Below, piece after piece: positions 19,131-28,074 of a stretch of DNA of 64,000 bases. A program made the position numbers and the translations under genes. The notes under the pieces are model-generated. The model did no database searches. It saw nothing but the letters and a program-made list of their open reading frames with translations, and was not told the origin of the DNA. How positions within the stretch are numbered: the first letter of the stretch is position 1; the number at the start of each line of letters is the position of its first letter. Origin of the DNA: Dehalococcoidia bacterium (GTDB lineage Bacteria; Chloroflexota; Dehalococcoidia; GIF9; AB-539-J10); assembly GCA_030612025.1 (NCBI GenBank), contig JAUWOR010000003.1:1-64000 (forward strand), written 5' to 3'.

Positions 19131-19186
19131 CCAGAATTATCTCTCGGTGTGGTCCAGTCCATCCAGAATGTCGGTGAGAAATTTCC
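19131..19186 (+). repeat. Bipartite intergenic repeat, copy 1
   Basis: CCAGAATTATC-29 nt-TCGGTGAGAAATTTCC. Confidence 0.7.
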
Positions 19187-19247
19187 TATGCAAATTAGCT
19201 TGGACTGCTAGACCTTAGCAGCCTTATTTCTAAGACCACTCCAGTAA

Positions 19248-20030
19248 TTACCCAGGACTCTCCCATACTTGAGCTGCTGGTTTTCTCCAACGAAGCCATA
19301 GGGCCCACGCCGTTACCAGCACTGCCACCACGGCAACATAGATTTCCACGTGAACGACGGTAAAGAGCCCCGCATGCAACAAAACAGCGCTATAGTTTAA
19401 TAAGCCATGCAGGCAGGAGGCTATCAGGTAGAACTGCCATCCCCAACCCTTCGCTAGACCATAGCCGGCCAGTGCGGAAAAAGCAGTATGAGCGGCTACA
19501 GCAAAAAACCGCTCCCAAAATCCAGCCAGTGCCATGACGCCGCCAGTTTGCACTGCCTCCCAGGTCCACCCTGAGGCAAAGATAGTATTGTGTGCCCACT
19601 GCGCTTCAAAGATGCCGAATCCAGCTCCAGCCACAGCGCCGATAGCCAATCCCAGTTTAGGGTCAATACTCCTGCCACTACGCCACCAGCAGGTAACCAC
19701 CGGCACCAGCTTTGCCCCTTCCTGAACCAGCCCACTGAGGAGTATTTGTGGTATCCCGGCAAGCAGAATCCAGCTCAATAGAACTTCCTCACTCCAGAAG
19801 TGATTCAGTGCTTGACCCGTCCAAATCTGTAAGGGAATTTGAATAAAGCTAACAGCAGCCAGAGTCAGAATGGCACTGCCTACGAGAACCGCCCAGAGCC
19901 AGGGTTTCCTAAAGAGCGGTGGCCGGTAACCAGCCAGCCAAATTGCACCGAAGGCTACAGCCAGACCAATCCCCAAGGCGCTCGGATTTTGGAAGAAAGA
20001 GACGAAAAAACTAATCATAAACTCAGTCAT
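19248..20030 (-). CDS. PrsW-family glutamic-type intramembrane protease
   Basis: Multi-TM; QEGAK, GFGIFE, AAHTAFSA, LHGLLN motifs. Confidence 0.8.
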   Translation of the reverse strand: MTEFMISFFVSFFQNPSALGIGLAVAFGAIWLAGYRPPLFRKPWLWAVLVGSAILTLAAVSFIQIPLQIWTGQALNHFWSEEVLLSWILLAGIPQILLSGLVQEGAKLVPVVTCWWRSGRSIDPKLGLAIGAVAGAGFGIFEAQWAHNTIFASGWTWEAVQTGGVMALAGFWERFFAVAAHTAFSALAGYGLAKGWGWQFYLIASCLHGLLNYSAVLLHAGLFTVVHVEIYVAVVAVLVTAWALWLRWRKPAAQVWESPG

Positions 20031-20149
20031 GAACTCCTCCTACTTTTTAAATTGGTTTCTATCCAACTCACACTCATTATATCTCCATGCGAAATAAAAA
20101 GGTATGCCCATTAAACTAGAAGGCTCAATCATGCGCTAAGGCCAAGCTG

Positions 20150-20207
20150 CTAGAATTATCCCCCGTGTGGGGGTGCTTTTCTGTCACAACATCGGTGAGA
20201 AATTTCC
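20150..20207 (+). repeat. Bipartite intergenic repeat, copy 2
   Basis: CTAGAATTATC-31 nt-TCGGTGAGAAATTTCC. Confidence 0.7.
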
Positions 20208-20316
20208 AATGGAAATTTGAGGCGATTACCTTTGGATAGTCTCATACTTTTAAAGTCATCGTGATAGTAATAGTATAATAGTATTACATTTACTCGCTTA
20301 AGCTACGCAATGATTT

Positions 20317-21441
20317 GTGATGGATGACTTAGCTATTGATTATCCATACCTAGCACGCTTCTGCAATGAGGAGAGTGTCGATATAGTGTCATATACTCGC
20401 ACTCATCAAAGTTTGATATTGAAAGACATAGTTGCTGATTCTATTCCAATGAAACTAAGACGTAGTTATGATGCTCGTAAATCTATCCTTAATCAATATC
20501 TTGAACTGGCATATAGGCACAACATATTAGACCTGGATCGTAGAAGCAGGCTAAAGGGTAAGGATAGCATACGGTTCTGGTCATTAATTAATGAACTAAA
20601 GGCAGCAGCATGGTTCGAGGGGCAAGGATTGGTGATAGACTTTGACCCCTCAAGTCTTGGTGGTGGTAAGGGAGAATTTGAAGCCTTCTCTCGGCAAGGC
20701 GAAGTGTTCGTTGAGGTAAAAACCTTGTTTGGAGACAAAGAGATGCTTGGCCAATATAGTCTATTGTCTAGGCTGGCGGACTATCTGGAAAAGATAGGAT
20801 TACCAATCTCAACGATAGAGTTAATTAGCTACCCCCGTAATTTTTGTGAGGACGATTTAGACAAACTTTTGACCCGAATTGGTTTGCATCTTTTGCGATT
20901 CGTACCAGCAATTAAAAGAGGCGAATCAAAAGTGAGTCGTTATAATAGTAGGAAAGGCTTGGTTATCGAGTTTGAATTATTGCCTGGAACATCTGAGGTT
21001 GAGCAAATAGCATATGGCGGCTTTATTGATATAGAAGATAGTCTCAAATCTAAGTTAGGGATGTCAGTTAGAGGATGGGATCCCAAACTTCAACTTTCAA
21101 CGAAAGATATCCCTTCCATTGTCATAATATGCGACCAGGGTAGCTGGAGTGACCCTATAATTGAGGGAATACTATATGGAAACAGGTTAGGTACTCTAGG
21201 CAGCACAGGAACTGTATGGTATGAAAGAAAGAGAGATGGAAGGTGGGATAATACGTATCCGAGCCGCCTGAGTGCAGTTGGTATATTCAAAAGTTCTTTG
21301 GATATATTTCCCTCCAGTGTGGATATGTACTTGTGTCCTAATCCACTCTATCCTTTGCCTCGATCGCTAATGAGCGACACCAATATTCGTTGGTGGCAAT
21401 TAGGTAAAGACAAGGTATCAATTACTGAAGTTAGCGCTTGA
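20317..21441 (+). CDS. Hypothetical protein, restriction-endonuclease-like fold
   Basis: FWSLINELKAAAWF...GEFEA...VFVEVK, C-terminal LSAVG...NP. Confidence 0.65.
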   Translation: MMDDLAIDYPYLARFCNEESVDIVSYTRTHQSLILKDIVADSIPMKLRRSYDARKSILNQYLELAYRHNILDLDRRSRLKGKDSIRFWSLINELKAAAWFEGQGLVIDFDPSSLGGGKGEFEAFSRQGEVFVEVKTLFGDKEMLGQYSLLSRLADYLEKIGLPISTIELISYPRNFCEDDLDKLLTRIGLHLLRFVPAIKRGESKVSRYNSRKGLVIEFELLPGTSEVEQIAYGGFIDIEDSLKSKLGMSVRGWDPKLQLSTKDIPSIVIICDQGSWSDPIIEGILYGNRLGTLGSTGTVWYERKRDGRWDNTYPSRLSAVGIFKSSLDIFPSSVDMYLCPNPLYPLPRSLMSDTNIRWWQLGKDKVSITEVSA

Positions 21442-21445
21442 ATTT

Positions 21446-21497
21446 CTAGGATTATCCCCACGGTGGCTTGGATCCTGCCGCAAGGTCGGTGAGAAAT
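21446..21497 (+). repeat. Bipartite intergenic repeat, copy 3
   Basis: CTAGGATTATC-29 nt-TCGGTGAGAAAT, starting 5 bp after the stop of 20317-21441. Confidence 0.65.
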
Positions 21498-21660
21498 CTG
21501 CTACAAAAGATGCTCCCAATATGCCCCCAAAGAAATTGGACGGAGTAAAACTAACCAAGACTGCCTCAAAATAGCCATTCCCCTTATGCTGTCTTCTAGT
21601 TGAGGTTGATTGGGAACAGAATTGATTTGAGGGTCACATCTCAATCAGCTTACTCCTGTT

Positions 21661-22143
21661 TCAGGGCAGGTAAGTTATCTTGGAAGGTGGTTTTCCATGT
21701 ACTTCAAACTCTATTCCGGCTTCTTTGAACAAGTCCTTGAAAGAGTCGTCAGCATAGCTGCCAAAGGTTACGAGGCGCTTTATTCTAGCATTCACCAGCA
21801 TCTTGGCACAGAGTATGCATGGTGGATGCGTAGCATAGACCGTGGTGCCAGTAAGGTCAACGCCGTGGAGCGCTGCTTGTATGATTACGTTTTGCTCCGC
21901 GTGAATTCCTCGGCATATTTCATGCCTGGTTCCAGTTTCTATATGCATCTCGTCTCTGAGGCAACCGAGCTCAAGGCAATCTTTAAGCCCTGAAGGAGCG
22001 CCATTATAGCCCGTGGATAGTATGTGCTTGTCTCTCACTGCCACAGCACCTACATGGTGCCGCCGACATGTGGAACGTTCTGCTACCACAGTAGCTATCT
22101 TGAGAAAATATTCATCGAGCTCCGGCCTGGTTACTTTTTTCAC
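21661..22143 (-). CDS. dCMP deaminase (ComEB-like)
   Basis: RSTC, TGYNGAP, HAEQN, PCILC zinc deaminase motifs. Confidence 0.92.
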   Translation of the reverse strand: MKKVTRPELDEYFLKIATVVAERSTCRRHHVGAVAVRDKHILSTGYNGAPSGLKDCLELGCLRDEMHIETGTRHEICRGIHAEQNVIIQAALHGVDLTGTTVYATHPPCILCAKMLVNARIKRLVTFGSYADDSFKDLFKEAGIEFEVHGKPPSKITYLP

Positions 22144-22147
22144 TTTT

Positions 22148-22690
22148 TCACTCCAACGTGGATAGAACTCGTTCCGCTTCCCTCTCCAACTCTTCCAAAG
22201 AAGCTTCGTTTACTATGGTAAAGTCAGCCATGGCAATTGGCCCACCCTTGTTGGTATTCTCTATCTCCGCTTTATCTCGACTGGCCGCTTGCTCAACCGT
22301 CAAAGGCCGTTTTGCTCTATTCCCGAGCCTTGCATGCCTGGTAGCAGGCGAGGCCCAGACAGCAACTGTAGTGAACCCTTCACCATAGCATTCCTTCAAT
22401 AAAGTGTGCTCCTCCCAGGAGTAAAGTCCATCCACCACGACGCCTGACGATTTCAGTGAGGTTTCAATCCTGGGTAGGTTCAACTTGGCGTATGCGGCCA
22501 TCCCGTGTTCCTTTCTCAATTGCTCCCTGATGTAACGTTCGTTCTTCTCATTCAGTTCAAGTCCCCGCTTCTTGATTTCTTCCTCTGTAATATCTCCAAA
22601 CCGAACTTTCCTAAAGCCATTCTTCTCAAATACCCTGGCTACCTCCGATTTGCCCGCACCTGCCATACCAACAATTGCTACCACTTTCAT
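22148..22690 (-). CDS. P-loop nucleotide kinase (dephospho-CoA/adenylate kinase-like)
   Basis: GMAGAGKS Walker A, VVVDGL, RD...E, IAMADFTIVN. Confidence 0.85.
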   Translation of the reverse strand: MKVVAIVGMAGAGKSEVARVFEKNGFRKVRFGDITEEEIKKRGLELNEKNERYIREQLRKEHGMAAYAKLNLPRIETSLKSSGVVVDGLYSWEEHTLLKECYGEGFTTVAVWASPATRHARLGNRAKRPLTVEQAASRDKAEIENTNKGGPIAMADFTIVNEASLEELEREAERVLSTLE

Positions 22691-22775
22691 TGCTTGTGTG
22701 TATTTAATAAGTGCATTGCCGGGGTGCTTTTATTAACCACATTGCCGCCACTATTATAGGGGAAAATCCCAGTCT

Positions 22776-23000
22776 GTGGCAAAGAGTCCTTCCGACAAAG
22801 CAAGGCTCGCACCACATATGCTCAGGTACCACTTGTCCACTTATTGTCTACGCAATGGTGCTGAAGTTAAGCTTATCCCTAAGATATTGGGGCATAGCTT
22901 AGTTGGTATCACACTTGATGTCTACCGGACAGTGACAGAGGGAGAGGTTAAGGCGGAGCATACAAGGTTCGGGCGGTTGGCTGATAGCAGGTTGTATTAA
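22776..23000 (+). pseudogene. C-terminal remnant of a tyrosine recombinase/integrase
   Basis: PHMLRYH...LRNGA...ILGHS...TLDVY corresponds to the HxxR...LGH...Y box II; no N-terminal part. Confidence 0.8.
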
Positions 23001-23050
23001 GTTAATAAAGCACTAGGGTAATCGCCATTGAACAGTGATATTTGCCGTCG

Positions 23051-23340
23051 TCACTTTCTGGTCGATGGCTTCACGATGTTGGCTTGGCAAATCCATAAGC
23101 CCCGTCTTAAGATGCGCCAGCCGCTTTAATGCTTTCTTGTGCTCTGATTTCGGCAGAACTACAAAGGCTCGGCCACTGCCACCAGCGAGTTGACGAAGAG
23201 CCTTCGGGATCTCAGCGGCAGATGACTTGACTTCCGCACTCCCATACTTGCCTTTTACATCAGGGCTTTTACCTGGGAGTATACCTACCACCGAGTTTCC
23301 TTGCCACTAACTTGGCAGTCCTATCGTGAGAATTAGCCAT
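23051..23340 (-). pseudogene. Small PD-(D/E)XK-like protein with two frameshifts
   Basis: GGAGG RBS, MANSHDRTAKLVARKLGGRYTP/GKSPDVKGKYGSAEVKSS...GLMD/CQANIVKPSTRK*. Confidence 0.55.
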
Positions 23341-23384
23341 TACTATACCTCCCGTTGCAGATACAAATAGTCATTCCAGTAATC

Positions 23385-24380
23385 TTAAAGTCTTAAAGAC
23401 TGTGCATAACAATATGAGATAGTTTCACCTGTTTCCGTAGTTTGATAACCTTCTTCCTGATGTGAATACGCTGATATGTCGCTAGCGTTATAGTCTTTGA
23501 AATATTCCTTAACCAATGCCAGAATGCGCAATTCACTTTCAGAAAAAATGTTTAGGTTTGGTTCCTTCTTTGTTATGAATTTCTCGCCCGTAAAGTATGG
23601 ATAGTCTATTTCCTCAACCTCGAGAGCACCTTGTCGGATAAGGATGGGATAATACAAATCGTAGTTATTTGGAGCTGGACCAAACGGGATGTGCGCGTAT
23701 TGAACTCCAGTAATCGAGACTGTGTATTCTTTGAAGTGCTTGAAATCAGCATAGAATAGGAGTTTATTCAATTTCGTTTTTAACTCCCCACCCTTGCAAA
23801 GGTATAGGATTGCATTGAAGAAGTTATCTCTCTCAAAGCTCCTAAAACCGGTGTACTCATCAGGCTCCTGGTCTTGAAAAGTTGAAATGACAAAGCGTTC
23901 TAGGGAGCTGACTTTGAGCTCCGAAGTTTGTTCTAATGCCTTGAGTACCGTTTTTTGCTTATCCTCAGATAATGCACTCATAGGGCTAGTCACAAGCCTT
24001 CGCAGGTTTTCGGCATCCATAGCCAACCGAAGCAATCTATCGTGAGTTTCATCCTGAAGCTTCCCAGTTTCATATCTACTTATCGTTGCTCCACCAAGAC
24101 CCAACAGGTTTGCTAGGTCACTTTGAGTCAGGTGATACTTACGGCGGAAGTTACGAATTTCCTCGGGCTGAAGCATATTATGCTTGGAGCGGTAAAGGCG
24201 ATAGGCCTTTTCAAAAGGATCGCTCGTTGAATCAGGGACCCAAAATTCCTCCCCGCACTCCAAACATTTATAGTACTCCATTTCAACCGTTATAGGTTCA
24301 TTCCGAATTGTCAGTTGTTTCTCCTCTTTAATCAATTCTAGCTTATCAGTATTATCGCAAACTGGACAACTTAATTTCAT
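23385..24380 (-). CDS. MqsA-like antitoxin (zinc finger + XRE HTH) fused to SocA/DUF4065 domain
   Basis: CPVC...CLEC, LTQSDLANLLGLGGATISRYETG, KLNKLLFYADF...ITG..Y...PFGP. Confidence 0.88.
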   Translation of the reverse strand: MKLSCPVCDNTDKLELIKEEKQLTIRNEPITVEMEYYKCLECGEEFWVPDSTSDPFEKAYRLYRSKHNMLQPEEIRNFRRKYHLTQSDLANLLGLGGATISRYETGKLQDETHDRLLRLAMDAENLRRLVTSPMSALSEDKQKTVLKALEQTSELKVSSLERFVISTFQDQEPDEYTGFRSFERDNFFNAILYLCKGGELKTKLNKLLFYADFKHFKEYTVSITGVQYAHIPFGPAPNNYDLYYPILIRQGALEVEEIDYPYFTGEKFITKKEPNLNIFSESELRILALVKEYFKDYNASDISAYSHQEEGYQTTETGETISYCYAQSLRL

Positions 24381-24405
24381 TCTACCTCCTTATTTGCTTC
24401 CTTTT

Positions 24406-24786
24406 TTATGTTTTATCTCGGAAATAATATTTTAGTGGTTTCTCAGCTACGTGAAAAGATAGAATCCGAACCATCCGGCCATGCTGATCGCCAGATAGCT
24501 TGAGTTTAATATATATTTCTTTTCCCCGAATAATTTTTCCGAATATCCAAACATCGCCTCTAATTCTTGGGTCTTTAGTTGGGCCGGAGCAGTAATCCAA
24601 AACCGATAAGGACAGAATCTCCTTTTTGACATCTTCCCGAGTCATCTCCAGCTCAGTCAAGGTATTAACATTCTTTTTACGTGCAGTTGAAAAACTCCAC
24701 CTCCACCTATCCTGATAGCTGTTTTGTATCGCATACTTTGCCTCCAATAGAAAGCTTCTAACTGCTGATTGCTTGCCTGCACACAA
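24406..24786 (-). CDS. MqsR-like toxin
   Basis: RKKN..TL..L, DYCSGP, VWIFGK...EIYIKLK...LSFH; upstream of an MqsA-like gene. Confidence 0.8.
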   Translation of the reverse strand: MCAGKQSAVRSFLLEAKYAIQNSYQDRWRWSFSTARKKNVNTLTELEMTREDVKKEILSLSVLDYCSGPTKDPRIRGDVWIFGKIIRGKEIYIKLKLSGDQHGRMVRILSFHVAEKPLKYYFRDKT

Positions 24787-24878
24787 TATACAATACCTCC
24801 TGATTCCAAATTAGGGCTCATTTTCTTTACCTCCTTTTCATTTATGCTTTGCTAGGCGATGGTCAACACATATTAGAT

Positions 24879-24907
24879 ATTTTATATCATATGATAAACT
24901 AAGTCAA
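24879..24907 (-). promoter_or_regulatory. TA operon promoter with palindromic operator
   Basis: Minus strand TTGACT-17 nt-TAAAAT; perfect palindrome TATCATATGATA (24885-24896) in the spacer. Confidence 0.55.
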
Positions 24908-25091
24908 GACATTGGTGGCAGATTTATCATTTGATAAGGACTTCTTGGCCAGCCCAGCTATACGCGGTTGCCCAAAAAGCCTTATGGACCACTTTCTGGG
25001 GCTTCCCTGCATCTGTGTAACACGGACGAGAAGTTCCCTCACCTCTGTGGCGGGTGTAAATCTAGCTGTTATGTTTCTGAAGGGAGTTATT

Positions 25092-25130
25092 AGCCTTTGG
25101 TCGTTGGTTCAAGTCCAATCCTTACTGCCA
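25092..25130 (+). repeat. Degenerate copy of tRNA-Met 3' end (att-like site 3)
   Basis: AGCCTTTGGTCGTTGGTTCAAGTCCAATCCTTACTGCCA. Confidence 0.75.
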
Positions 25131-25140
25131 AGAATTAAGA

Positions 25141-25175
25141 AGGCAGGCTGACAAATCTAGCCTGCCCTTTTGTTT
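25141..25175 (+). terminator. Intrinsic terminator after att-like site 3
   Basis: GGCAGGCT-loop-AGCCTGCC followed by CTTTTGTTT. Confidence 0.7.
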
Positions 25176-25292
25176 GTGCCACGCGAACTTTAGGATTCCA
25201 TCTGGATGAAAGCAAGGTGATAAGGCAAAATTTACCTCCAGCAAGCTGCCTAAGATTCCACGCCTACCTCAGTCTCTGCTGGTGGAGCAAAT

Positions 25293-25496
25293 CTAACTGC
25301 GCTCACCTCCACGTCCCTCTGTTACTAAAGGAATGAGGAAAACCACACAGGCAATGAGGAAGATAATACTGCCTACGAGGTTCAGCATGTTATGAGCTTC
25401 CACACTAGAAGCTATGAAGAAACCGGCGCACACTAGGAAAAGAGTCCAGCCTAAGATCCCGAACTTCCTTTCCCGATTACTTTGGTCATTAGACAT
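25293..25496 (-). CDS. Small two-TM membrane protein
   Basis: GGAGG RBS, GWTLFLVCAGFFIASS...GSIIFLIACVVFLIP. Confidence 0.7.
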   Translation of the reverse strand: MSNDQSNRERKFGILGWTLFLVCAGFFIASSVEAHNMLNLVGSIIFLIACVVFLIPLVTEGRGGERS

Positions 25497-25587
25497 TTCA
25501 CTACCTCCCTGAAAGCTGGCAATTGGGGGAATAGTATCACATCCTAAATCCGTGATTTAAGCATGGTAGCTCAACATCAGCCATCCG

Positions 25588-25630
25588 ATAATCCCTTGGT
25601 CGCTGGTTGAAATCCAGCCGTTGCTACTTT
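25588..25630 (+). repeat. Degenerate copy of tRNA-Met 3' half (att-like site 4)
   Basis: ATAATCCCTTGGTCGCTGGTTGAAATCCAGCCGTTGCTACTTT versus ATAAGCCTTTGGTCGCTGGTTCAAATCCAGCCGCTGCCACTTT. Confidence 0.85.
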
Positions 25631-25712
25631 CAAAGCTAACAAGGCAGCTCCTGACAAGAGGACTCCACTAAATCCGCATCTGTCCTTCGCACTTAATCTA
25701 TTTTCAGTTTCC

Positions 25713-25775
25713 CTATTTCTTCTTTTCCTTGGGCTTCTTGGATTTTTTCACATTTTTTCTTCCCTTAGTTCCCAT
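25713..25775 (-). CDS. 20-aa lysine-rich microprotein
   Basis: GAGGTG RBS then MGTKGRKNVKKSKKPKEKKK*. Confidence 0.45.
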   Translation of the reverse strand: MGTKGRKNVKKSKKPKEKKK

Positions 25776-25942
25776 CTCTTTCACCTCTCTTTTTTAATAC
25801 TTTCTTATATATATCTTCTAATTTTTGCCATTTGTATTCTGCAGAGGACAAATGACATGCCTTGAACTATGGTTCTTTACGAGCGATTCTCTAATGCCAT
25901 TTTAACAGGGGATACTTAGTGGTGCAAAGGCGAACTCCTCCT

Positions 25943-26113
25943 GGCATTGCGAGGCACAGAGTGCCGAAGCAATCTTGGAGAAAGAAGTTGTTTGAGATTG
26001 CTTTGCTTCGCTCGCAATGACAAAGGGAAAACTCATAATGACAGCAAGCGAAGGGCTCCCTCAGAATGACAAGAGGCAGAGGGCGCAGAAGGACAAGAAA
26101 CGAGGGGCTCATG
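25943..26113. repeat. Cluster of TGTCA-type palindromic repeats
   Basis: CATTGCGAGG...GAAGCAATCT / GAGATTGCTT...CTCGCAATGACA plus tandem AATGACA units, directly after mutM. Confidence 0.8.
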
Positions 26114-26114
26114 G

Positions 26115-26948
26115 TCAGGGTGATAAAAGGGGTATCTGGGTTGTCACAGGCTGGCAATTAGGACAGAAGTAGGTGCCTCGGTTTCGCACCAGAATCCGCT
26201 CGATGGGGGTGTGGCAAACAGGACAAGGCTCACCACCTCGATGAGCAACCTGAAAATGGAAATGGGCTGTGCCTATTTGGCCGCCGGGGCGGACGTAAGT
26301 GTCAACGCTGGCTCCCTTGTTGCCTATGGCTGACAGAAGAACTTCACGGATAGAGCGATATAAGCTTTGAATTTCGTGAGCTGCTAAAGCGCCTGCTTTC
26401 CTCAAAGGGTGGATTTTGGCAGCAAAGAGGGCTTCATCAGCATACATATTGCCAATTCCAGCGATGAGATTCTGGTCAATGAGCGCTGCTTTTATCGGAA
26501 TGTGATGTTTCTTTAATAGCTTGGCCAAAACCTCGGGAGTGAAACTTTCGCTCAAAGGCTCAGGGCCTAATTTACCCACCACAGTATCAACATTTTCTAC
26601 CAGCCGCATTACCCCAAATCGGCGCAAGTCGCTAAACACAAGTCTGTTTCTATTAGAAAAGTGAAAAACAGCCCTGGCGTAGCGGTCAATTCCCTTGGGA
26701 TTTAATAGCAAAACACCGGTCATCCTGAAGTGCATGATTAGCGCTTGATTAGCCAGGTTAAAGATAAGATATTTTCCTCGGCGCTCAAGGCTTTGTATTG
26801 TTTGCCCAATTAACTTACGGCGAAATTCCTCAGCGGAACTATCGGGCACTAACGCAGTATCAAAGATAGTAACTTGAGTGAAACTCTGCCCAACTATCCA
26901 GGGCAAAAGCTCGGTCTTGATTGTCTCTACTTCAGGTAATTCAGGCAT
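26115..26948 (-). CDS. mutM: Formamidopyrimidine-DNA glycosylase
   Basis: MPELPEVET, RRGKYL, GIGNMYADE, C-terminal zinc finger. Confidence 0.98.
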   Translation of the reverse strand: MPELPEVETIKTELLPWIVGQSFTQVTIFDTALVPDSSAEEFRRKLIGQTIQSLERRGKYLIFNLANQALIMHFRMTGVLLLNPKGIDRYARAVFHFSNRNRLVFSDLRRFGVMRLVENVDTVVGKLGPEPLSESFTPEVLAKLLKKHHIPIKAALIDQNLIAGIGNMYADEALFAAKIHPLRKAGALAAHEIQSLYRSIREVLLSAIGNKGASVDTYVRPGGQIGTAHFHFQVAHRGGEPCPVCHTPIERILVRNRGTYFCPNCQPVTTQIPLLSP

Positions 26949-26979
26949 TTTTCTCTAGGTTAGCGTAAGGAAACAAAGC

Positions 26980-27007
26980 TTGCAAGCTCAATGTGCCATG
27001 CTATAAT
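26980..27007 (+). promoter_or_regulatory. Promoter upstream of nfnAB
   Basis: TTGCAA-16 nt-TATAAT with extended TG. Confidence 0.55.
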
Positions 27008-27019
27008 ACAAAGATTTTA

Positions 27020-27199
27020 GCGGGTGTTTAAAAATGTAGTGCGAGGCTTTTAGCCCTGTGTAGTAGCGAAGATTACTACACGGGGTAGCCTCGTGCACGA
27101 CCCTAAAGGGTCGCACTACGAAAATCTTGGGGGGTGAAGATTATTAAAACTGAATGAGGCAAATCTAGTTTTGAATCTGCGGCAAAATTAAACAGCCTC
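27020..27199 (+). mobile_element. MITE-like element, core type A
   Basis: Ends GCGGGTGTTTAA / TTAAACAGCCTC; copies at 38227-38403 and 56131-56309. Confidence 0.8.
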
Positions 27200-27221
27200 G
27201 TTTTATAATAGGAGGTTAGAA

Positions 27222-28061
27222 ATGTATCGGATTTTAGCCCGAGAAGACCTTGCTCCAAATATTCATCTATTTAAGATTGGGGCACCATCAGTAGCCAAGA
27301 AGGCTCAGCCGGGGCAATTTGTCGTTGTCAGAAGTGATGAAAAGGGGGAACGCATTCCACTAACCATCGCCGATTGGAACAAGAAAGAGGGAAATGTGAC
27401 TATTGTTTTCATGGAGGTAGGCACTACTACCAAGAAATTAGCTTTGCTTAATGCTGGTGATAACATTCTTGATTTTGTCGGGCCGTTAGGTCGCCCCACG
27501 GAGATCGAAAAGTTTGGCACCGTGGTTTGCGTCGCTGGAGGAGTCGGCGCCGCTCCCATGTTTCCCATCGCCAGAGCTCTGAAAGCTCAGGAAAATGAAA
27601 TCATCTCCATTCTAGGTGCCCGAAACAAGGAGCTTCTCTTCTGGGAAGAGCGGCTGCATAGTGTCAGCGATGAACTGATAGTGACCACCGATGATGGCTC
27701 ATATAAGCGCAAAGGTGTGGTTACTGAGCCACTCAAGGAATTGCTTGATAACAAGAAAATAGATCGCGTAATCTCTATCGGACCAGCTATTATGATGAAG
27801 TTTTGTTCTCTAACTACCAAGCCATTTGGTATCAAGACAATGGTAAGTCTTAACCCTATAATGGTTGATGGCACTGGGATGTGTGGCTGCTGCCGTGTAT
27901 CTGTGGGCGGTGAGACTAAGTTTGCTTGCGTTGATGGACCGGATTTCGATGGACATGAGGTTGACTGGGATTTGCTTATGCATCGTCTGCGCACCTATCT
28001 AGATGAGGAAAAAGAATCTTTAAGGCTTTGGGAGGAAAGGAACAAAGCCTTCATAAGCTAA
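27222..28061 (+). CDS. nfnA: NADH-dependent ferredoxin:NADP oxidoreductase small subunit
   Basis: PGQFV, GERIPLTI, GPLG, MVDGTGMCGCCRV...CVDGPDF. Confidence 0.9.
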   Translation: MYRILAREDLAPNIHLFKIGAPSVAKKAQPGQFVVVRSDEKGERIPLTIADWNKKEGNVTIVFMEVGTTTKKLALLNAGDNILDFVGPLGRPTEIEKFGTVVCVAGGVGAAPMFPIARALKAQENEIISILGARNKELLFWEERLHSVSDELIVTTDDGSYKRKGVVTEPLKELLDNKKIDRVISIGPAIMMKFCSLTTKPFGIKTMVSLNPIMVDGTGMCGCCRVSVGGETKFACVDGPDFDGHEVDWDLLMHRLRTYLDEEKESLRLWEERNKAFIS

Positions 28062-28074
28062 GGAGACGAAAATT

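Noticed and set aside
18980-19162. 60-aa minus-strand ORF ending VAAAGFEPATKGL
   Set aside because: Antisense translation of the tRNA 3' repeat, a classic spurious ORF.
25562-25630. Second functional tRNA gene
   Set aside because: D-arm and anticodon arm do not fold and the T-loop is mutated (TTGAAAT); treated as an att remnant.
25891-26157. 88-aa ORF with CHCERSKAIS
   Set aside because: Translation of the TGTCA repeat cluster, with no RBS or family features.
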